Assembly (NCBI GenBank): GCA_973895155.1
Contig: OZ316897.1
Span: 15,189,375 to 15,253,374 of the forward strand
Reading direction: 5' to 3'
From: Marsupella aquatica
Taxonomy: Eukaryota > Plantae > Marchantiophyta
DNA length: 64,000 nucleotides
Below are positions 25,561 through 34,359 of this stretch, one piece after another. A program made the translations under genes and the position numbers. The first letter of the stretch is position 1, and each line of letters starts with the position of its first letter. Under the pieces are notes generated by a model, which worked only from the letters and a program-made list of their open reading frames with translations, was not told the DNA's origin and ran no database searches.

Positions 25561-26138
25561 CAGCTTTTTATCAACCTGTCCCCCTAACTTGTTGAAATTT
25601 GTAAGCTGTCCCCCAAACCATTTTATTTACTTCCCTGCCCCCCATTCCGTATATGGAATAGTATTCTCTCATTTTGGGGTTCTGGATGCCAGGTGGCAAG
25701 GCATCATTGGCCTGGACTTTTTTTCCTTTGTAAAAACGGGGCTCAATGCTGCGTTCTCCTGTGTACTCGGGCTGCGATGGGAGGTCAGGGCTTCAGGAGG
25801 TCTTAGGGGGAGCGGAGGTCCGGAATTCACGAGGGCTTAGGGGGAGCGGAGGTTTGTGGGGGGGGGGGGGCGTTTGGCCTCCTCCCGGGTCTGAAGCAAA
25901 GCCCGTTCCATCAAAACGGGCCGCGGCGGGGAGGGGGCAAGCAGCAGTCGGGCAGGGAGAAGCAGTACTTGGCCAGAAACATCCGGGCCAATGACGCCTT
26001 GCCACCTGGCATCCGGAACCCCAAAGATGAGAAAATACTATTCCGTATACGGAATGGGGGGCAGGGAAGTAAATAAAATCATTTGGGGGATAGCTTAGGA
26101 ATTTCAACAAGTTAGGGGGACAGGTTGATAAAAAGCTG
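25561..26138. mobile_element. Mutator-like (MULE) MITE with ~155-bp TIRs
   Basis: 25561-~25716 is the reverse complement of ~25982-26138; perfect 10-bp TSD TATTTACAAA (25551-25560, 26139-26148); GC-rich non-coding core. Confidence 0.93.
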
Positions 26139-28233
26139 TATTTACAAAAGTGACTCCATTCTAATCTAATTACTACACTGCCCCCCTAATGGTATATTAC
26201 TTCAGTTACCAGTAGTCCTGCCCAGGAGTGGAACACATTGGCTCTCCTTCATCCCAGTTGGGTTAGATTAACCTAATATCACGCGCTAGCACCCCATCCC
26301 CACCATTGCTATGGCAGCAGCGTCGCAGCCCCAAGACGGAGAGACCCGCCCGGAGCCTGACCCTAATGCAATCAACTTTTCCCTTGGGAAAAAAGCAAGC
26401 TTCTGGCGAGTACATATTACATATGTGGACACATCTTTAATTAAATTTGGCTAGTATTACATGTATACATACATCTTTAATATGAAGAAGAAATGGACAC
26501 TCTGGCTTGATTTCTTCAGGACGCTGGCAGCGGGTCCAATATTGTTTGCCAGTCCGCAAAATTCTCTCTCGCCCTCTCTACATTCAAACCAAATCTGCCC
26601 ATATAACCGGGCCCATCTTGGCTATTGTCAATAGTGCCCAAGGTGAACATTATAGTGTCCATAGAAAGTGGAGTAAACATTCATTCATAGTGCAACTGAA
26701 CAAAACAATGAGAGCTATGAATACACGGTAGCTCTTATTTACCTTATTTAGATACTGTAGTTGTGATTCAACACTCGCTTGCCGTACATCCTACTAAAAC
26801 TGCTATAACATAAAGCGGGATATAAAGGCTACATAATCATTCCGGCAATCTTCTTAGGTCCAAGGAGAGATTCTGGACTCTCTGGTTTAGGTTGAGCATG
26901 ATCCAAAGTTTAGACGAGATCCAAAAGAACAGTTGTTTAGTACACAAACAATCGATAAACATGTCTGCAGGTCATGTTTTCTTACTTTTCCCAAATTCCG
27001 TCCCGATCCTTGTAGCACAATCATGTGACTTCATCTGAATCTTGAAAGATGAACGGTGAATGTGTCATCATCAGCGTTTTTCTATTTACAAAATTTCGCC
27101 AAATTCTTACATAAAAAAGGAAAAAAGAACGGAAAATTGGCAACAGATAGCCGAAATTCCTGTCAAAAAACGCTGGTCACCACCATCTTAACAGCACGTT
27201 ACTCACGTTTCCCACTTGTACATCTGTCGTGACTTGTTAAATTGATTCAGCATCATTGATCAGGCAATTGAATGACAAAAGAGTCTTCTGATTACTTTTG
27301 GCACCATCAAAGTTTGAGACTGAACTTTGCACACTGACAAAAGTACGAGAAAATGGACGGATCGGAACTCTTCAACCATAACTCTCAATCATGCTGTTTC
27401 ACTATTTGACAAATACCTGATGACATCAACTTAACAGCACAGCGTGTGATAAGGCAGCTTTGAATGGTGGGACCAATGGGCCACAATGACTGAAGTCTGA
27501 TGCAAAATGACGCTACATTTCTTCTAAGTAGGTTTTCTCACCTGGTTCTTTGATAGCCCTGACATCATTTTGCCTTTTGGTTATTTTGTTTGTTATCGTC
27601 AGCCGCGCGAGGTGGCGTGCCGCTCGCGTTTAGGATCTCTTTCAATTACTGTACAATTATAATTGAAACCAGCTATTAAGAGGCTCACCCAGTCACACTT
27701 TCACCGGCCTATTTGTGAAACCTCGAGTCTGGAAATAGCCTAGTCGGTCGCCTGCACGTCCCATTAAATGCTGAGGGTCTTAACAATGCCTTCGTTGAAT
27801 CCTTTACACTGATCACTGATGTCCGCCTCCTGAAACGAAGATATTATTCGGTTGCCAGGTGATTGCAGTGCAAGCTGAGCTGCCGTGTACTTCGCCGGAC
27901 ACCATCCCTTGGCCAGGACTACGGATTGCTACGCCGATTTGAGTTTCGTTCGGTCCATCATCGCTTTCTCACAGTCATGAATTCTACTATGTGACATTGA
28001 ATTCATGTCATTGCATGACACCGATAGATACGGCGAAAGATACCTAGCGTTCTGCATTACTTTATGGTAATCATTATATTGCAACTATAAGTATCTAGAT
28101 GAATTAGGTAGGTTAGCAAAGAGCTTCTGAGCCTACTGCAGTTATTTAAATAAGATGATTGGGTTTATTATAATATGGGGTGACTCAACATATGGTGCGT
28201 TGTGATATTTTCTATCATATATACACTCAGTGG

Positions 28234-28241
28234 TATAAATA
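28234..28241 (+). promoter_or_regulatory. Possible TATA box upstream of hairpin array 2
   Basis: TATAAATA about 700 bp before the first clear hairpin; motif only, common in AT-rich DNA. Confidence 0.2.
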
Positions 28242-28926
28242 AAATAATTAGATTTATCAAGATATGAATGACGTCATACACCTATATTGTGACATTTTGA
28301 TGTGCAAGCTGCTGTTGGTATAGGTACTCGATTGTTGGGGCAGAAAATCTCGGAAGACAAGTACCATTTATTAAAGTACTACAGTATTTAGATACAAATG
28401 TGGCGATGGCATCACCCAAAAATCTATTGCAATTCACGTATAGAATAATATGTCATGATATGAAGTAGAACCAATTTCTTGCCGGTGCTATAATTAAGCA
28501 GCGACCTTCTAGTTCTATTCGTATTTGACCCGGGAATATGTCAACCTCGATCAGATCTGCGATCATAATGATGACAAGCGACTGCTTATTAAGGATGGTT
28601 GAAGTCGTAGTGATAGTAAGCATGGCAGGAGAGTGGCCCAGGGGATCGAAACATTACACATTGGGACTACGACTCCCTTCCGACCAACCCCAACATATAT
28701 ATTTGGACAGCAATGATATTGGAGGACGTTTCTATGTGTTACTATCAACCCGATCTGACAAACGGGACGAGAGGAACGGTAAGAAATTGAAGTCCTGCCA
28801 GGTAGCTAGGCTAGTTTATAGAACGATTCGAACGCTGAGCGCAGAATAAGACCTACGAAAACCCTGTCTACTGCTGGTTGAAGCGTAAGCGAATTCATCT
28901 GCTGTGAATGGAGTTCAGTACATAAT

Positions 28927-29018
28927 AGACAGCTGGACGAAAGTGGAGACTGCTAGCCTGGTATTATCTTCAGAAAGAAAAGCCCGATCGAAGAAACTCC
29001 TCCAGAGTCCAAATATCT
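28927..29018 (+). ncRNA. A-family stem-loop
   Basis: Lower stem TGGAC/GTCCA is a compensatory version of consensus TGCAC/GTGCA; upper stem GGAG../..AAGAAACTCC is degenerate. Confidence 0.55.
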
Positions 29019-29727
29019 GTATGAGCTGTAGAAAGGTAGCTTCCGGGGAAGCATCCTGGACGTCCACCTTTGACAGACCAAAAAGCTCAAACCTCATAGA
29101 AGCCCTACTCTAAATCAGAGCTTCAATTGATGAACTTTCTATGGCGTTACCTATGGGAGATTCTGCACAAAAGTGGAGCTTAAGCCAAGATTGGCATTTC
29201 GTTTGAAAAGAATTGCTCTGTCCAATCTAAAATAGTTTACCCGTTGCAACTCTGAAGAATCTAGATTGTAAGATCATTCAGTACGTGTCTGATCGTGGAA
29301 CTGCAACATTTCCTTCTCACAAAGTAAGGATGACTGATATTGATCCGGCCAAATATTCAGTTACTCTAAGTGAAATCTAGTTCGTTACCCTCTAGGGGAA
29401 AGAATACCGTGCCTCTAGGTTGCGAGATCACCCAGATGCATGTCTATTTGATGGTGGAGCTAGCTGGTAACTGTGAAAGATCGAGATCAACCATTGTCCT
29501 CTAGAACTATGAGATCAACCTCTAGAACTATGAGATCACAGAACTACGATATCACTTATTTTTCGATGGTGAAGTGGTACTTTAGATTGGGTGAGACATT
29601 TCTTTCGAGAAGAAACACCAGATCCTGCAAATTCTTGTGCAAAATATGCGAATATAATGGGTCAAGTTGGGCTTTAATTTATTTCATTGCATGCTTATGA
29701 GCGCATCGAAGCCAACTGAACAAACAG

Positions 29728-29788
29728 AGATGGAGGTTCTTGGTCGATGTTTGCTATTGAAAGAACCTCCACCATCGCTCAGATATCT
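29728..29788 (+). ncRNA. A-family stem-loop (short)
   Basis: TGGAGGTTCTT/AAGAACCTCCA perfect 11 bp; T>G and A>C compensatory against consensus; ends in CAGATATCT. Confidence 0.6.
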
Positions 29789-30827
29789 GGGACGTCGACG
29801 ATCGATGTCCTAGACGATCTAACAGCGATACAGGTGTACGTACAGTACTTACAAGAGAAGTGGAGTCACACGAGTCAATCGTTGAGAGGTAATATTTTCG
29901 AACTGTGATGGGCTCAGACGTCACGAGTATTTGTCAAGTCAGGTGGAAGAGATAGCTTAAATTCGTCCCTTCGGCTGATGGTGTTAGAGGCATAGAATAG
30001 AGCTGTGTGAAATTGGAGCTTCGTGGGTAGTTTGCAAACGTCTCCCTCACCCTCAGGACAAGTGCTACAATTATGAATATAGTGGTCAGAAGGGTACTTC
30101 AAGCGCAAGAAAATGGCCTTCTCATTACGCTGCTTTGCAAGGACGTACGTAGTCTAATTTTCTTGGGATAGGAAAACCAGTTCAAGAAATCCATCAAATT
30201 GCGGAAGTTTGCATTCTAGGTTGATGTCACAGCCTAGCTCGAAAATTTTCGTCTTCAGGGCTAGTATCCGTGATCCTCCACTGTTGTGGAAAGAACTTGA
30301 GACCCAGACATTCAGCCTAAGTTCACGTTGTTAATGAGAATTGTTTCGAATTTATTAAGCATCAAAGAAGCTCCTGGAGAAGTCCGAAAATGTTTAGCTC
30401 AAGCGATCTCGAGGTCCATCGATCGTCAAGCTGGCGTTTCTTCAGAATGAAAACGCAGTCCAATTCAAGAAACTTCACTAACGCGCAGATGTCTGGGACA
30501 ATCGATTTCGAGTTATAGAGTATCACTTTCACGATTCATCCTGGTAATCTACCTATTGAAACTGAATCTCGGGCACCGCCATTTTCGATTACTCTTTTAA
30601 TGGTAAACCTGATTGAGGATCTGTTGATCTGGTTGCTATTAAACAGCACCACCAATCCAGTGCTTGTATGCAACAGAAATTGGGCCAGAACGCAGTACTA
30701 CGGTAGAGCTGCTAACTGTCGAAGAAACTTTGGTAATATCACCATACCACTCCAAAAGTTCTTGGGCGAGATCCCGAACCAATTCTCGTCGTAGCCAATG
30801 CCCTGTCTACAATTCTTCATGAATAGA

Positions 30828-30919
30828 AGACAGCTGTTCGGAAGTGGGGATTCTTACACTGGTATTTCCTTGGAAAAGAAAAGCCCAGTCGAAGAAACTC
30901 CACTACCGTGCAGACGTCT
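30828..30919 (+). ncRNA. A-family stem-loop
   Basis: AGACAGCTGTTCGGAAGTGGGGATTCTTACACTGG - 22 nt - CCAGTCGAAGAAACTCCACTACCGTGCAGACGTCT. Confidence 0.68.
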
Positions 30920-31196
30920 GAATAATTATGCAGCGGCAGAAAGGTAGCTTTCCCTCTCGAAGAAATGTGTCTCACCAACGAGAAGTTGATGAAATTTAAG
31001 GCCAGTGAAGGTCTCCCAGTCTAATGTTGTGGATGAACGACCTTCACAAACATTCAGACTTCCAAAGCGTGCACAATGGTCATCGAACGCAAATTGGAAG
31101 TTGAAGAAGTCGGCAATCTGACCATTCTCGGTGGATGCTATCCTGATTTCATGAAAATCCAAATTTGAAAATTGAGAATGACGGCCTTGGATTACA

Positions 31197-31295
31197 AGAT
31201 AACTGCACGAAAGTGGATCTTCTTAGACTGCTATTTTCTTCAGAAAGTTGAGAGAAGAGCCCAGTCTAAGAAACTCCACCGCCGTAGAGATATCT
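31197..31295 (+). ncRNA. A-family stem-loop
   Basis: AGATAACTGCACGAAAGTGGATCTTCTTAGACTGC - 29 nt - CCAGTCTAAGAAACTCCACCGCCGTAGAGATATCT. Confidence 0.7.
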
Positions 31296-31470
31296 AAACT
31301 TATGATTAATTAGGACGGAATTGCATGCTGCCTACTAACTGTGAAACTTCTGAGACTAATTTCAGGGCGATGAACTTACTCGCCCGACATCATTCGATAA
31401 TCTCTTCTTGCCATAATATCGAATTTCAGGACGGAGGTTTTATTTCAGGACGAGTCATCACTAAACTAAA

Positions 31471-31575
31471 AGATAGCTGCACGAAAGTGGAGTTTCTTAA
31501 ACTGGTATTTTCCTTGGACTAGAGAGAATTCAAGAAAAGCCCAGTCTAAGAAACTCCACTGCCGTACAGATATCT
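31471..31575 (+). ncRNA. A-family stem-loop (closest to consensus)
   Basis: AGATAGCTGCACGAAAGTGGAGTTTCTTAAACTGG - 35 nt - CCAGTCTAAGAAACTCCACTGCCGTACAGATATCT. Confidence 0.72.
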
Positions 31576-31732
31576 AAACTTATGATCTAAACGGGAACTG
31601 TCTCGTATGCAACCTCGGAAATGAATTTGAGTCGTTGAAGTTTGCGCCATCCGACATCTTCGTAGCATCTTTTCATTTCATGAATCATTCCATCAAATCC
31701 GGATTTTAACGACTATGGTAGTCATCACTAGA

Positions 31733-31829
31733 AAATAGCTGCACGAAAGTGGAGTTTCTTAAACTGGTATTTTCCTCTGACTCGACAGAAAAGCCCAGTC
31801 TAAGAAACTCCACTGCCATAAAGATATCT
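31733..31829 (+). ncRNA. A-family stem-loop
   Basis: AAATAGCTGCACGAAAGTGGAGTTTCTTAAACTGG - 27 nt - CCAGTCTAAGAAACTCCACTGCCATAAAGATATCT. Confidence 0.7.
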
Positions 31830-32262
31830 GGGTGAACTTGCAGCCGCAGATATGTGCCTTTTCTTTCGAGGAGTAAGTTGCCTACGAGTGACAACTTGTA
31901 GGTCCCCGACTCTATAGCGTGCCCAATATTGTCCGTGGATCATCTTGGAATTCATAAACATTTCGATGTAGTGAGCATGAATCTAGTCACGGAATACAAG
32001 GTAGTTGCATGAAGGTGGACCTTCTCAAACTGGTACTTTCTTTGGAATTGAAAGAAAAACCCATTCTATTTAAAAAACTTCACCCTCGTGACCGCCCTCA
32101 TGCATAGATGATCTCAGTTCAGAAATAAATTCTTTTGCAGTGAATCCGTCGTAGTCTGAAGGGGATGCCGTTGAAATTCCCAAAATCGCGAGGATGATGG
32201 TGTGATTTCACTTGTGAAGTTCGAACTTCATAGCTCGAGAACAGTCAATGATCATGCATGGG

Positions 32263-32360
32263 AAATAGCTGCTCGAAAGTGGAAGCTCTTAGGCTGGTAT
32301 TTTCTTCACAACTGTAAAAAAAAGCCCAGTCTAAGAAACTCCACTATCGTACAGATATCT
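32263..32360 (+). ncRNA. A-family stem-loop
   Basis: AAATAGCTGCTCGAAAGTGGAAGCTCTTAGGCTGG - 28 nt - CCAGTCTAAGAAACTCCACTATCGTACAGATATCT. Confidence 0.7.
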
Positions 32361-32780
32361 GGGAGATTCTGAGCCGCTTCAGGAGTTTACGACTTTTTCC
32401 TTCCCATTTGAGAAGGAAACCGAATATCAATGGACCTCTGCAGAGTGAATTGGCTGAACAATGTCGATATATGGATCTCTTGATAGCACGAATCATACTA
32501 GGATACTAAGCAGAAAGGTGAAGGAATATAATATGGCTGTAGGAAGTGGAGATTCTAACACCAGTGTTTTCCCAGTCTAAGAGATGATATCTCCATTCTG
32601 TCCAATTGCTGTGCGAGCATACAAAGTGGTCGAGGACTAAATTTGAAAGCAATGAATCTTCGCAGAATAGTCGGGAGGCAGAGGAAGTTCGCCCGGCCCA
32701 ACGTTACCGATGAGTCATCATTCGATTTCGTGGAAGTTCAAATCTCATAACTCGACTAAGACAGTCGGTCTTGGAGTAGA

Positions 32781-32870
32781 ACACAGATGCGCGAAAATGG
32801 AGCTTCCTCACGTGGTATTCCCTTTTAAAAGAAAGCCCAGTGCGAGAAACTCCATGTTCGTGCAGGTACT
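32781..32870 (+). ncRNA. A-family stem-loop (diverged)
   Basis: ATGGAG/CTCCAT is a compensatory version of GTGGAG/CTCCAC; lower stem TGCGCGAA/TTCGTGCA. Confidence 0.6.
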
Positions 32871-33382
32871 TAGACTGAGTCATTTCATCTTCCACAGACA
32901 CAGTTGCTTCATATGTAGTCGTCCACACGAAACATTCAGAGCAATGAACCCGCTAGAGAAGCCCTCGTTGCCTGACATTCTTGTTGAATGTTTGAACGTA
33001 AATTGAAAGTGAGGTAAGCGTCGAAGATGTTCCCGTTAAAAACAAATAATTGAAGTTCTTTTTGAACCATCAGGAAAGGACATTCCAGAAAAGAATGTCA
33101 GTACTGGTCTGAGCAGTCTGAATTAATGGGAATCCACCTTCTGCTGGAAGAGCCGCTTCACTGCAGAGACGACACCGATGGAGTTCGCCTCAAGGCCGGG
33201 CATTGTCGCTGAATGAATCCAACAATTGAAGTTAAATGACAAGGCGAAGAAATGATGAGGCTTCCCGAAGGTTCGAAAATACGACAATACTGTGATCAAA
33301 GCCCTAGCTTATTAACCCCTGGCCAGAATAGAATGTCACACGGGGTGAGTCCTGCTTGAAATGTTGAGCAGCTTCGCGTAGA

Positions 33383-33478
33383 AGAGACTTGTACGAAAAC
33401 GGAGCTCCCCGGGCTGATATTTTCTCCCGAAAGAAAAGTCCAGTCCAAGAAACTCCACTCTCATACACTCGTTGCCTC
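33383..33478 (+). ncRNA. A-family stem-loop (diverged 5' arm, conserved 3' arm)
   Basis: GTACGAAAACGGAGCTCCCCGGGCTGATATTTTC ... GAAAAGTCCAGTCCAAGAAACTCCACTCTCATAC. Confidence 0.55.
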
Positions 33479-33795
33479 CTACTTTGCAGCTCTCCAAACT
33501 TGGCTGTCACTTAAAAAGTTTTCGAGGGCCTACGACGGGCTATAGAGGTTCCTAGCCTGAGTGTGGCCCTCAAAGCTCTGGCACATGCCAGCAACGTATA
33601 ATGCCGGAGATGGCCAGGCCGAGGAAACGTTCAATTCAACCTCTAGTTGCAAAACTCCAGATTGCATTCCGAGTGATTGAATCCTTCCAATTCAACGTGG
33701 CCTGGCCGGACATAGAATTGAAATGTCATGAAAATGTCGGATTGGTCATGTGCCACTCGAGGCAAGTACGTTAGCTAGCCCCTCAGCCTCGGTCT

Positions 33796-34128
33796 CTAGG
33801 TTCTGCGACACAGCGGTACAGTCACGTCATTCTTCTTCAATGGCACCATCAAAACGCGATGATTTTGACGCAACTGATATATAGACAGGTCACGCTGGCA
33901 CCCACTGAAGTCGCAGCCATTATACATGAAAAGCGTGACACGTACATGATTGACTGTGAAGGCGTTCTGATCTGCAAGCTCGTCTGCATTGCTACTTCCT
34001 TCCCCAGGGGAGGCGTTCTGATCTGCAAGCTCTGCTCTTCTGCATTCAGACGTTCCCTCCTGGACCGCATAGAGAGGCCGATGTAGGAAGAGAGTGGACG
34101 AACTTAGATTCTGCGATGACTTTGCCAT
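33796..34128 (-). CDS. Possible small orphan ORF or first exon (MAKSSQNL...), function unknown
   Basis: TATAAATATA on - strand at 34215-34224, ATG about 90 bp downstream; internal repeat ELADQNA x2; no recognisable domain. Confidence 0.2.
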   Translation of the reverse strand: MAKSSQNLSSSTLFLHRPLYAVQEGTSECRRAELADQNASPGEGSSNADELADQNAFTVNHVRVTLFMYNGCDFSGCQRDLSIYQLRQNHRVLMVPLKKNDVTVPLCRRT

Positions 34129-34359
34129 AAGGGACTGTGGAGTCCTGAGCCCATCACCAGTCCACCTGGCTGTGTGCCACACGACTCGCCGTGCATAGTA
34201 GGGAGGAGAGCAGCTATATTTATAGTTACAGATCTGAAGGATAATGGGGTCGGTTGCATCCCTGGGAACAGTCAGTGACTGAGAAGCTGAGCTCAGCATA
34301 AAATAATGATTTGTGTGCTTATTTTAATTTCAGGTAGGAATATCTTTTCTAAAGTTGAC

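Larger units (their letters stand above)
28925..33800 (+). ncRNA. Putative hairpin-array (polycistronic pri-miRNA-like) locus 2
   Basis: A-family upper stems start at 28940, 29170, ~29730, 30841, 31210, 31484, 31746, 32012, 32276, 32543, 32794, 33396 (251-274-bp spacing from 31210 to 32794), with weaker copies at ~29450, ~29860, ~30010, ~30110, ~30430. Other hairpins fill the spacers and continue to ~33790. No credible ORF. Confidence 0.7.

Noticed and set aside
31471-31575. Known conserved miRNA family (e.g. miR319/159, miR395, miR482/2118)
   Set aside because: Only short partial resemblance (CAGTCCAA in some copies, ACTCCACC); no full match from memory; needs a database search.
30828-33006. 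Repeat-protein gene (CTKVEFLKLVFS..KPSLRNST, LRR-like; or Asp-box/kinase-like DGGVTW, YLHE on -)
   Set aside because: Stops in all frames, distal-loop lengths (22/29/35/27/28) differ by non-multiples of three, and conservation follows base pairing; the peptides are by-products of the palindrome.
28925-33480. CRISPR array or integron attC cassette array
   Set aside because: Eukaryotic context, no cas or integrase gene, repeats ~95 nt and degenerate, spacers ~170 nt, partly related to each other and without cassette ORFs.
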